Under the pieces are notes generated by a model. That model was not told where the DNA came from, made no database searches, and saw nothing but the letters and a program-made list of their open reading frames with translations. DNA of 32,000 nt. It comes from an uncultured Erysipelotrichaceae bacterium. Its GTDB lineage: Bacteria; Bacillota_I; Bacilli_A; Erysipelotrichales; Erysipelotrichaceae. Shown piece by piece: positions 24,328-32,000 of the stretch (the first letter of the stretch is position 1; every line of letters starts with the position of its first letter). Position numbers and translations under genes: made by a program. Location of the stretch: positions 1,980,001-2,012,000 of the forward strand of contig OW818668.1 in NCBI GenBank assembly GCA_942493105.1. Direction: 5' to 3'.

Positions 24328-25107
24328 ATGGACATTAAATTTCAAAAGCTTAGACGTTTTAACTTAATCATGGGTCTATTTCATTTAGTTCAAGGGGTAG
24401 CCATGTTGTTTCTGGCAACCAGTGTGATTCAAAAAATCGCAGCATTTCAACCTACAGTCGTTCAGTATTTCTTACAATTCAATTTAGCAACACAATCTTT
24501 GGAACCAGCCGTTAAAGATTTGTTCCAGTTGCCCTTTGGCATCTTGGTTGCCAGTTTCTTATTGATTTCAGCGCTTGCACATGGTTTGATCTATCTCAGC
24601 GGTGATAAATACATCAATGATCTAAAGAAAGGCATCAATCAATTCCGTTGGTTTGAATATGCTTTCAGTTCTTCCATCATGATCGTCTTGATTGCTACCC
24701 TATTTGGCGTTTACGATATTGGCTCACTTGTTTTAATTTTCTTGGTCAATGCAGCCATGAATCTGTTTGGTTTAGATATGGAACTCATCAATGCCGGAAC
24801 TAAAAAAGAAAAAGTAAACTGGGGTCCATTTATTTGGGGTTCAGTCGCAGGCTTAGCACCTTGGATCGTCATCTTATTGTATATGTTTGGCTCTGGTAAT
24901 TTCGATATGACCCCATGGTTTGTATGGGCCATCGTCGGGACCTACTTCGTTGCCTTCAATACCTTCCCCATCAACATGATCCTGCAATACAAACGTGTTG
25001 GAAAGTGGAAAGATTACCTCTACGGAGAACGTGTCTATATCATCTTAAGTTTAGCTGCTAAATCGATCTTGGCTTGGTTGGTTCTGTTTGGAGCCATGCA
25101 GCCTTAA
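24328..25107 (+). CDS. Heliorhodopsin
   Basis: 259 aa with 7 hydrophobic helices. Motifs FNLIMGLFHLVQ (His19), SALAHG (His85), FRWFEYAFSSSIMIVLIA (Glu110), LVNAAMNLFG, LAPWIVILLY and GERVYIILSLAAKSILAW (Lys245, codon 25060..25062) line up with my recollection of heliorhodopsin 48C12 (FRWVEYSLSSSVMIVLIA; GERAYIVLSLVAKSALAW, where the Lys forms the Schiff base). AAAGGAG SD upstream. Confidence 0.88.
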   Translation: MDIKFQKLRRFNLIMGLFHLVQGVAMLFLATSVIQKIAAFQPTVVQYFLQFNLATQSLEPAVKDLFQLPFGILVASFLLISALAHGLIYLSGDKYINDLKKGINQFRWFEYAFSSSIMIVLIATLFGVYDIGSLVLIFLVNAAMNLFGLDMELINAGTKKEKVNWGPFIWGSVAGLAPWIVILLYMFGSGNFDMTPWFVWAIVGTYFVAFNTFPINMILQYKRVGKWKDYLYGERVYIILSLAAKSILAWLVLFGAMQP

Positions 25108-25121
25108 TCTTATGTTTATAC

Positions 25122-25148
25122 AAAGGATGTCTTAGGCATCCTTTTTTT
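25122..25148 (+). terminator. Rho-independent terminator after the heliorhodopsin gene
   Basis: AAAGGATG-TCTTAGG-CATCCTTT followed by a T-run. Confidence 0.75.
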
Positions 25149-25248
25149 CATAATAAATAACGTTATGAATTTGTTGTCTGAAATTATTTATGATTCAGTT
25201 GAAATAAGAATAAGCGCTTTGAAGTATAATGAAGTCGAGGTATTTCTC

Positions 25249-25554
25249 ATGGAAAACATGGAACTGATTTGTTTCAACATCATATCAAATGCTGGTTCAG
25301 CTAAATCTTCTTTCTTAGATGCTTTAAGTGCCATCAAAATCAAACAGTTTGATTCAGCGAAATCAAAACTAAAAGAAGGCGAACATTATCTTAGAGAAGC
25401 CCACAAGACTCATATGGGCATCATCTCGCAAGAAGCCAGTGGTATCAAAACCGAATTCTCACTCTTACTGATGCATGCGGAGGATCAAATCAATACCGCT
25501 GAGATCATTAAGATCCTAGTCGATGAATTGATTCAACTGTATCCAAAAACATAA
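25249..25554 (+). CDS. PTS EIIA component, lactose/cellobiose family (stand-alone)
   Basis: About 101 aa from the ATG at 25249 (GAGG SD at 25237..25240). ELICFNIISNAGSAKS and LLLMHAEDQ (phospho-His region) are typical of PTS_IIA type-3. The ORF-track start at 25165 adds 28 aa that are not like the family. Confidence 0.75.
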   Translation: MENMELICFNIISNAGSAKSSFLDALSAIKIKQFDSAKSKLKEGEHYLREAHKTHMGIISQEASGIKTEFSLLLMHAEDQINTAEIIKILVDELIQLYPKT

Positions 25555-25577
25555 AAAGCGACTCAAGTCGCTTTTTG
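25553..25577. terminator. Bidirectional terminator between convergent genes
   Basis: AAAAAGCGAC-TCAA-GTCGCTTTTT. Confidence 0.8.
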
Positions 25578-26876
25578 TTTGTTTCTATGTCCATTTTGAT
25601 AATTAGGTTTAGGACCCTCTTTTTTAAATGAAGCTGATGGATGTGGTTTTTGACGATGGAAGCGGGCTGGATCTTTATCCCCGAATTTCTTATCGACCGC
25701 TGCAGGTTTACTGGTAAAGACAGGCTCTGTCGGTCTGATACGATGACCACGCGGACTGAAAGGATGGTCATGAGTAATGGGGATCGACTTATTGATGAGC
25801 TTTTCAATGTCTCTTAATAAGCCTCTTTCTTCTTCATCACAGAAAGATATGGCTGTACCACCAAGTCCTGCACGTCCTGTTCGTCCAATACGATGAACAT
25901 AGGTTTCAGACACTTCAGGCAGATCATAAATCAACACATGGCTCAATTCATCGATATCCAATCCTCTGGCAGCGATGTCGGTTGCGACCAGAATTTTTGT
26001 TTTTCTGTCCTTAAAGGATTTCAAGGCAGCTTGTCTTGCATTTTGAGATTTGTTCCCATGAATGGCTAAAGCAGGCAAACCAGAGATCACCAGCGCTTTA
26101 ACGATTTTGTCAGCACCATGTTTGGTTCTAGAGAAGACCAATACAGATTCAATATCTAAGGTTTTAAGCAGATGGATCAATAAATGGATCTTATCAGGTT
26201 TATTGACGAAATAGAGCTGTTGATTGATCGTATCTACAGTAGAGGCAACAGGTGTTACTTCAACTTTAACTGGATTTTTTAAGATAGAATTGGATAATAT
26301 GGCGATTTCTTTAGGCATAGTAGCTGAAAAGAACATCGTTTGTCTCACATGAGGCAAATATGAAATGATCTTACGTACATCATGGATCATCCCCATATCC
26401 AACATCATATCTGCTTCATCCAAAACAAAGTATTTCACATGTTCAAGATGAATGAATTTCTGATTGATCAAATCAAGTAAACGACCTGGTGTAGCGACTA
26501 AAATATCAACGCCTCTAGCCAATTCATCGGTTTGAGGACGCTGAGAAACGCCACCATAGATCGCAATGGTCCTGGAATTTAAGTACTTCCCATAGGTCTT
26601 AAAACTGTCTTGGATTTGAATGGCCAATTCTCTGGTCGGTGCTAAAATCAAAGCTTGGATCTTTCTTGGTGTTTTGGATGCTCCGCTTAAGCCTTGAAGT
26701 ATAGGAATCGCAAATGCTGCAGTTTTTCCTGTGCCGGTTTGGGCAGTTCCTAAAAGATCTTTGCCTTCTAATAAAGGACCAATCGCTTGGGCCTGGATGG
26801 GTGTTGGGTCTTTATAACCTTCTTCTTTGAGTGCCCGTTGTATCGGGGCGATGATGTTTAAATTTTCAAATTGCAT
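25563..26876 (-). CDS. DEAD-box ATP-dependent RNA helicase
   Basis: Q-motif region FENLNI...PTPIQ, then AQTGTGKT, PTRELA, DEAD, SAT and HRIGRTGRAG motifs, with a basic C-terminal tail. I prefer the ATG at 26876 (AAGGAAAAA SD) over the GTG at 26894. Confidence 0.9.
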   Translation of the reverse strand: MQFENLNIIAPIQRALKEEGYKDPTPIQAQAIGPLLEGKDLLGTAQTGTGKTAAFAIPILQGLSGASKTPRKIQALILAPTRELAIQIQDSFKTYGKYLNSRTIAIYGGVSQRPQTDELARGVDILVATPGRLLDLINQKFIHLEHVKYFVLDEADMMLDMGMIHDVRKIISYLPHVRQTMFFSATMPKEIAILSNSILKNPVKVEVTPVASTVDTINQQLYFVNKPDKIHLLIHLLKTLDIESVLVFSRTKHGADKIVKALVISGLPALAIHGNKSQNARQAALKSFKDRKTKILVATDIAARGLDIDELSHVLIYDLPEVSETYVHRIGRTGRAGLGGTAISFCDEEERGLLRDIEKLINKSIPITHDHPFSPRGHRIRPTEPVFTSKPAAVDKKFGDKDPARFHRQKPHPSASFKKEGPKPNYQNGHRNKQKAT

Positions 26877-26971
26877 TTTTTCCTTATGACTCACTTCTGA
26901 TGTCTGGGCAAAAGCCCATGATACTTTAACACATTTATGCCCATAAGTATCGTTTTAGGTCAAATAAGCCC

Positions 26972-27538
26972 TTATTCTCTGAAACATATCCCCTTTTGAT
27001 CCATGGATTCAATGATGGCCAAAGACTCAAGAAGATAACCTTTTTCTCTTAAGCTGGCCCCGCCTTCCTGAAATCCCTTTTCGATGACGATCCCGATCCC
27101 AACAACTTCAGCGTGGGCTTGATGGACCAAATCAATCAGACCATTCACAGCTTCTCCTTTGGCCAAGAAATCATCTATGATCAATATTCGCTCATTTTCA
27201 TGAATAAATGACTTATTGACTTGAACGATCGAAGTCTTATTTTTAGTATAAGAATGAATAAGCGTACTGTAGACAAGATGATGTTTGACTTCACCTTTTT
27301 TCGCAAACACGACAGGCACTTTAAAATATTGGGCTGCGATAACTGCGATCGCAATACCTGATGCTTCTATGGTCAAGATCTTATCGACCTTTGATCCACC
27401 AAAGCGCTCATAAAAAGTTGCCCCAATTTCATTAAGAAGTTCAACGTCAATTTGATGATTGAGGAAACTGTCTACTTTTAAGATATTACCTGGGTATACT
27501 TTTCCTTCAGATAGAATTTTCTCTTTCAATGTTTTCAT
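26972..27538 (-). CDS. xpt: Xanthine phosphoribosyltransferase
   Basis: 188 aa. [16 protein letters not shown]-binding [13 protein letters not shown] and [11 protein letters not shown] closely match my recollection of B. subtilis Xpt. Confidence 0.88.
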   Translation of the reverse strand: MKTLKEKILSEGKVYPGNILKVDSFLNHQIDVELLNEIGATFYERFGGSKVDKILTIEASGIAIAVIAAQYFKVPVVFAKKGEVKHHLVYSTLIHSYTKNKTSIVQVNKSFIHENERILIIDDFLAKGEAVNGLIDLVHQAHAEVVGIGIVIEKGFQEGGASLREKGYLLESLAIIESMDQKGICFRE

Positions 27539-27673
27539 ATGAACCTCTTAGATTCATTTTAAACGAATATTATAAAAAAACTAGAGTTTCATTTTGAAGC
27601 TTTCCTTATGTTTCAATCTTTGAGTCAATTTGTCCAAGGAAATCTGATTCATACATATTATTTACTTACACTC

Positions 27674-27702
27674 TATACAAGCAAAAATAGGTGTGCTACA
27701 AT
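27674..27702 (+). promoter_or_regulatory. Promoter of the permease leader
   Basis: -35 TATACA (27674..27679), then an extended -10 TGCTACAAT (27694..27702). Confidence 0.5.
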
Positions 27703-27717
27703 ACTTTCAGTATAGGT

Positions 27718-27800
27718 CCTTTAAATCAAGACGAGAGCTTGATAAGGTACGATTTAAACCTTCAACTAGGGGTCCTTTATACAGAGGGACCCTTTTTTTT
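27718..27800 (+). promoter_or_regulatory. PyrR-type transcription attenuator (binding hairpin plus terminator)
   Basis: The hairpin CCUUUAAAUCAAGACGAGAGCUUGAUAAGG (27718..27747) has lower stem CCUU/AAGG and upper stem UCAAG/CUUGA with a bulged A and a GAGA loop. This resembles the PyrR binding-loop consensus (..CCUUUAA..GUCCAGAGAGGCU..AAGG). The terminator GGGTCCTT/AGGGACCC plus T8 lies at 27770..27800. GAUAAGG can alternatively pair with CCUUUAU in the terminator 5' arm. Confidence 0.5.
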
Positions 27801-27842
27801 GAAAAAAACCGGGACTATACGAAACTCAAAAGGAGAAAGAGT

Positions 27843-29165
27843 ATGAAAGACATTGTGCATGGTTATTTGCCGGATGAGAAGCCCCCGCTAGGGAAGCTGC
27901 TTGTTTTCGCCCTTCAACAGATTCTGGTTATGTTTCCAGCGACCGTCTTGGTTGCCTTACTGACTGGTTTCCATGTTTCCACCACGATTTTCGCTTCCGG
28001 TTTTGCAACGCTTTGCTTTATTTTTATCACCAAAGGTAAGATTCCGCTGTATTATGGATCAAGTTTCTCGTATATCGCAGCCATCGTAGGGATCACTGGT
28101 GCCAAATTTGGTACACCAGCACCTGATGCGTTGATTTCAGCTGCCCAGTTTGGGATCATCATGTCGGGTTTAGTTTCGATCGTAGCCGGTGTGATCGTAT
28201 CTCGTTTTGGATTAGATAAAATTGAAAAAGTCTTGCCGCCTTCCGTAACTGGATCCATTGCGATCGTCATTGGGATCTCACTTGCTGCTACAGCTGTTAC
28301 CAATGCGGGCAGTAATGGTGGAGGCGCAGTTACCAACATCAACTGGACCGCAGCCCTCATCACCTTATTCGCAACCATTCTGTTCTCAGTTTATCTCAAA
28401 GGGGTATGGGCACAATTGCCGATCCTATTGGGAATCTTGGTTGGTTACGCTGTTAGCTTTGGTTTAGGTATGGTTGACTTATCCCAAGTGTTGGCTGGAA
28501 ACATCATTCAGGCTCCACACTTTACCTTACCCGACTTTACCGCATGGAATGCTGTGTTTGCCATCATGCCGATTGCGATCGCAACCATTCCTGAATCTAC
28601 TGCACATTTATTCCAATTAGATATTTATGTCAATGACTTAGCCAAGAAAAAAGGCAAGCCTCCAGTGAAGATTGCAGAAAAACTAGGATTGAATTTGATT
28701 GGGGATGGAGTAGGCGATATCGTATCTTCCTTGTTTGGTGGACCTGCTGGAACCAATTACGGTGAAAACTTATCCACAATGGCCATCACAAAGAACTTCT
28801 CAGTATGGGTCTTAGGTGCTGCAGCCATCATTACGATGATCATCTCCTTCTTGTCTCCATTAACGAACCTCGTCTTATCGATTCCTTCATCCGTCATCAA
28901 CGGAGCTTGTATCTATCTGTTTGGGATCATTGGTGCACAAGGTGTCGCCATCATGATCGAAAGAAAAGTCGATATGTTCAGTTCTAAGAATCTAGCCGTC
29001 ATCGCTGTTATCTTGACCATCGGTTTAGGTGGTAGTTACGGTTATCCAGGTGGAATGATTCCTTTGTTTGGAGGCAATTTCCCAGCCATCGCTACAGCGT
29101 CTGTTGTAGGGATCTTATTGAATCTTGCGTTGTCCTTTAAGAAAGATACGACAACAGTAGAATAA
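27843..29165 (+). CDS. pyrP: Uracil permease (NCS2 / UraA-PyrP family)
   Basis: The start at 27843 follows AAAGGAG. The sequence is strongly similar by eye to E. coli UraA (KGKIPLYYGSSFSYI vs KGKIPAYLGSSFAFI; TNYGENLSTMAITKNFSVWVLGAAAI vs TTYGENIGVMAITRVYSTWVIGGAAI). The substrate-site Glu and His are retained (IPESTAHL vs IAEHVGHL). Confidence 0.8.
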   Translation: MKDIVHGYLPDEKPPLGKLLVFALQQILVMFPATVLVALLTGFHVSTTIFASGFATLCFIFITKGKIPLYYGSSFSYIAAIVGITGAKFGTPAPDALISAAQFGIIMSGLVSIVAGVIVSRFGLDKIEKVLPPSVTGSIAIVIGISLAATAVTNAGSNGGGAVTNINWTAALITLFATILFSVYLKGVWAQLPILLGILVGYAVSFGLGMVDLSQVLAGNIIQAPHFTLPDFTAWNAVFAIMPIAIATIPESTAHLFQLDIYVNDLAKKKGKPPVKIAEKLGLNLIGDGVGDIVSSLFGGPAGTNYGENLSTMAITKNFSVWVLGAAAIITMIISFLSPLTNLVLSIPSSVINGACIYLFGIIGAQGVAIMIERKVDMFSSKNLAVIAVILTIGLGGSYGYPGGMIPLFGGNFPAIATASVVGILLNLALSFKKDTTTVE

Positions 29166-29168
29166 TCC

Positions 29169-29190
29169 AAACCCCTTCGGGGGTTTTTTT
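29169..29190 (+). terminator. Rho-independent terminator
   Basis: AAACCCC-TTCG-GGGGTTT followed by a T-run. Confidence 0.85.
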
Positions 29191-29259
29191 ATTGGTCTTT
29201 TTAATCAACCTTCCCAACTTTATAAGTTATAATTAATCCATGTTAAACGAGGTTCACAC

Positions 29260-31059
29260 ATGAGTCAAAAAGAAGTATTGCTTCGCAGTCAGGTCCCAGT
29301 TGAATTAACTTGGGATACCGCATCTATTTTCGCAGATGATACATCTTGGGAACAGTCTTTTAAAGCAGCAGAAGATGCTCTTCAAACGGCCGCATCTTTC
29401 AAAGGTAAATTAACTGCTTCCCCCAAAGCCTTACTGAAGGCACTAGAGTACCGTAATCACGTCATTCAACTGGTTGAGCACTTATACAGCTATGCTCACT
29501 TAAAGAGCGATGTGGATACATCAAATGCCCTATACCTTGGTTTTCAAGGCAGAGCACGTAGTTTATATGGAAAGCTTGCTTCAGAGTTAAGTTATTATGA
29601 TACAGAACTCTTAGAAGCAGATGAAGCAGTGGTTAGATCTTACCTACAAGAAGATGCTCTAAAGATCTATGCCCATGAATTTGAGATCTTATTTAAACGC
29701 AGAGCTCATATCTTAAGTGATAAGGAAGAAAACATTTTAGCCTTGGCTTCTGAAGTCTTAGGGGCTTCTGGTCAGATCTTCTCGATCCTCAACAATGCAG
29801 ATCTGAAGTTGCCTCAAATCAAAGGTGAAGACGGGACTCCTGTTCAATTGTCTCAGGGAAGATATGGCTTATTCCTTGAATCAAAACAACGTGACGTCAG
29901 AAAAGATGCCTTTAAAGCGATGTATGCGACTTATGGAGCCTTCAAGAATACCTTTGCGGCAACCTTATCCACCAACATCAAGTCCCATAACTTTAATTCT
30001 AAAGTACGTCACTTCAATAGTGCCCGTGAAGCTGCTTTGTTTTCAAATCATATTCCGGAAAGCGTTTATGATGCCTTGGTCAGTGCGATCCACGAAGGCT
30101 TACCTTTATTGCATAAATATGTATCCTTACGCAAGAAAGTACTTAAGCTAGATGACTTAAGGATGTATGACTTATATGTCCCAATGGTTGACGATGTTGA
30201 CTTGAAGTTTACCTATGATGAAGCCAAAGAAGTCATTCTAAAGGCTCTTTCTGTCTTAGGTGAAGATTATGTCTCCCATTTAAAAGAAGCCTTTGAGAAC
30301 CGCTGGATCGACGTCCTAGAGAACACTGGAAAGCGTTCAGGTGCTTACTCTTCCGGCAGTTATAACACCAATCCTTTCATTTTGCTCAACTGGCAAGATA
30401 ACTTAGATAATGTCTATACTTTAGCTCATGAACTGGGTCATTCGATCCATTCTTATTACACCAGAAAGAATCAACCTTTCATCTATGGAGACTATTCGAT
30501 CTTTGTGGCAGAAGTCGCTTCCACAACCAATGAGAATTTATTGACGGCTTATTTATTAAAAACCTATAAAGATCCCAAGATCCAAGCCTACATCATCAAT
30601 CATTATCTGGATGGGGTCAAAGGAACAGTCTACAGACAAACTCAGTTCGCTGAATTCGAACATTTCATTCACCAAGCTGATTCTGAAGGGATTGCACTCA
30701 CTTCAGATGCCTTAAGTGAAAAGTATGATGCGATAAATAAGGCCTATTATGGACCTGAAATGACTTATGATGAAGAGATTGCCCATGAATGGGCACGTAT
30801 CCCCCACTTCTACTACAACTATTATGTTTATCAATATGCGACTGGATTCTCAGCCGCCAGTGCTTTAGCCTATAAGATCTTAAATGAAGGTGAAATTGCG
30901 GTTACAAACTATCTGAACTTCCTAAAAGCTGGATCCAGTGTCACACCGATTGATGCCCTAAAGATTGCGGGCGTTGATATGTCCAGCAATCAGGCCACAT
31001 TAGATGCCTTAAAGCTCTTCAAACAAAGATTGGATGAATTCGAAAACTTGATCAAATAA
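29260..31059 (+). CDS. pepF: Oligoendopeptidase F (M3B)
   Basis: 599 aa with the zinc motif HELGHSIHS plus a downstream E (FVAEVAST). The N-terminal pattern R..VP.E.TWD is typical of PepF. Confidence 0.88.
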   Translation: MSQKEVLLRSQVPVELTWDTASIFADDTSWEQSFKAAEDALQTAASFKGKLTASPKALLKALEYRNHVIQLVEHLYSYAHLKSDVDTSNALYLGFQGRARSLYGKLASELSYYDTELLEADEAVVRSYLQEDALKIYAHEFEILFKRRAHILSDKEENILALASEVLGASGQIFSILNNADLKLPQIKGEDGTPVQLSQGRYGLFLESKQRDVRKDAFKAMYATYGAFKNTFAATLSTNIKSHNFNSKVRHFNSAREAALFSNHIPESVYDALVSAIHEGLPLLHKYVSLRKKVLKLDDLRMYDLYVPMVDDVDLKFTYDEAKEVILKALSVLGEDYVSHLKEAFENRWIDVLENTGKRSGAYSSGSYNTNPFILLNWQDNLDNVYTLAHELGHSIHSYYTRKNQPFIYGDYSIFVAEVASTTNENLLTAYLLKTYKDPKIQAYIINHYLDGVKGTVYRQTQFAEFEHFIHQADSEGIALTSDALSEKYDAINKAYYGPEMTYDEEIAHEWARIPHFYYNYYVYQYATGFSAASALAYKILNEGEIAVTNYLNFLKAGSSVTPIDALKIAGVDMSSNQATLDALKLFKQRLDEFENLIK

Positions 31060-31086
31060 AAAAGCGAAATTTCTTCGCTTTTTTTA
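31058..31086. terminator. Bidirectional terminator between convergent genes
   Basis: AAAAAGCGAA-ATTTC-TTCGCTTTTTT. Confidence 0.8.
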
Positions 31087-32000
31087 CGCTTTAACTTCTC
31101 CATACAAATCATAGTCATCATTTCTAAGAATGTTTACTTTCACAAACGAACCGATCTTTAAGGGTTGATCGGATGTAAAAACGACTTCCCCATCGATTTG
31201 ATCTGGGGCATAATGGATCGAACGACCACGATAGACATTGGTTCCTCTGTCTTTAGAATCGATCAAAACTTCTAAGTTTGAACCAATCATGGCTTTGATC
31301 TTTTCTTCTGAGATCTTTGCCTGTAAATCCATGACTTGTAGGAGTCTTTCTTGTTTCTCTGTTTCCGAACAGCTGTCTTTCATGAAGTAAGCCGGGGTAT
31401 CTTCTTCAAGGGAATAGGCAAAGGCACCTAAACGATCAAATTTGATTTCTTGAATGAAATCAAGCAAGGTTTGAAACTGTTTTTGTGTTTCACCAGGGAA
31501 TCCTACGATCACCGTGGTTCTTAAGATGGCTTGTGGAAACACGTCACGTATCTCTGAAATCACATGTCGTATATCTTCGACTGTTCCTTTACGCGCCATT
31601 GCCTTCAGAAGGTCATTGTCTGCGTGCTGGATGGGAATATCAAAGTATGGGATAACTTTATCACAAGCCTTCATATCCATCAGTAAAGCCCTAGAAACGG
31701 CATTAGGATACATATATAAGATACGGATCCATTTTAAACCAGGCAACGCATTGAGATCCTTCAAGAGCGATCCTAATTGGTTGGATCCTTGGTCTTCCAT
31801 GTATCGAGTGGTATCTTGAGCGATGAGGACCAATTCTTTCACACCTTGTAGGATCAAATGTTGAGCTTCTAGTAATAACTCTTCTTTGGGATACGAATTC
31901 AAAGGTCCTCGAATCAATGGGATCGCACAGTATGTACAACGGTTAGAACAGCCTTCTGCGATCTTCAAATAAGCCGTATGGGCTTTCTTTGAGATTAGAC
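31084..32000 (-). CDS. rimO: Ribosomal protein S12 methylthiotransferase RimO (radical SAM MTTase), C-terminal about 300 aa; N-terminus lies beyond the window
   Basis: The frame stays open upstream of the track's TTG start (...LISKKAHTAYLKIAEGCSNRCTYCAIPLIRG). It has the CxxxCxxC radical-SAM cluster in the RimO-type YLKIAEGC context and a C-terminal TRAM-like domain. Confidence 0.8.
   Translation of the reverse strand, partial: LISKKAHTAYLKIAEGCSNRCTYCAIPLIRGPLNSYPKEELLLEAQHLILQGVKELVLIAQDTTRYMEDQGSNQLGSLLKDLNALPGLKWIRILYMYPNAVSRALLMDMKACDKVIPYFDIPIQHADNDLLKAMARKGTVEDIRHVISEIRDVFPQAILRTTVIVGFPGETQKQFQTLLDFIQEIKFDRLGAFAYSLEEDTPAYFMKDSCSETEKQERLLQVMDLQAKISEEKIKAMIGSNLEVLIDSKDRGTNVYRGRSIHYAPDQIDGEVVFTSDQPLKIGSFVKVNILRNDDYDLYGEVKA

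Noticed and set aside
25165-25248. N-terminal extension of the EIIA ORF; similar over-long track starts occur at 908, 12870, 17159 and 26894.
   Set aside because: Internal starts have proper SD sequences, and the extensions overlap -10 boxes or upstream genes. Family-like sequence begins at the downstream start in each case.
27539-27692. Expected a purine (guanine/xanthine) riboswitch upstream of xpt, since xpt lies next to a nucleobase permease as in the B. subtilis xpt-pbuX operon.
   Set aside because: The minus-strand leader lacks the conserved purine-aptamer blocks (UAUA..AUAUGG..UUUCUACC..CCGACUA). A plausible promoter (TTCAAA-N18-TATAAT) leaves only a short 5' UTR. The permease is divergent, UraA-like, and has its own PyrR-type leader.
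27693-27842. N-terminal 50-aa extension of the permease ORF in the track (MLQYFQYRSFKSRRELDK...).
   Set aside because: It contains a promoter, a structured leader and a terminator with a T8 run. There is no SD at 27693, whereas AAAGGAG precedes the ATG at 27843, where the similarity to UraA begins.
28052-28378. Antisense or alternative-frame ORFs listed in the track (for example 388..570, 437..712, 2660..2860, 4764..5099, 6451..6696, 8217..8471, 9023..9301, 15333..15548, 16959..17307, 22961..23248, 28052..28378, 29825..30151, 31514..31819).
   Set aside because: All are nested in or antisense to longer ORFs with clear family motifs. They have low-complexity or odd composition and no SD. I treat them as non-coding.
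1-32000. Looked for tRNA or rRNA genes, CRISPR arrays, IS elements or transposases, integrases, phage genes and toxin-antitoxin pairs.
   Set aside because: None was recognisable. The intergenic regions are short (260 bp or less) and AT-rich, without tRNA-like GC-rich cloverleaf segments or repeat-spacer periodicity.

Overview
This is an AT-rich chromosomal segment that looks like a low-GC monoderm bacterium. It uses the standard bacterial code: TGA acts as a stop, for example at 5871..5873 and 17657..17659. I found about 32 protein genes and no rRNA, tRNA, CRISPR array or mobile element. Three things stand out. (1) 16735..24203 is a tightly coupled type IV filament operon: two prepilin-like genes, a large PilX/GspK-like gene lacking Glu5, PilC, a single-polypeptide PilM-PilN fusion, a PilO-like gene and, last, a PilB ATPase. 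The window contains no clear major pilin, prepilin peptidase or retraction ATPase. (2) Directly downstream, behind a terminator, a monocistronic gene at 24328..25107 reads as a heliorhodopsin with the retinal lysine and key residues intact. (3) Two cis-regulatory RNA leaders are visible. One is a crcB-motif (fluoride) riboswitch-like leader with an overlapping terminator ahead of a cation:proton antiporter/DUF1275 operon (15690..15780, minus strand). The other is a PyrR-type attenuator ahead of a UraA/PyrP-like permease (27718..27800). The rest is housekeeping or accessory: a MarR regulator with a heterodimeric ABC exporter that has one degenerate ATP site, rluF, xpt, a DEAD-box helicase, pepF, partial rimO, an orphan PTS EIIA, GNATs, a cupin, ybaK, an M15 lipoprotein peptidase, and several uncharacterised membrane proteins. 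All family assignments come from motif recognition by eye and memory. No searches were run.
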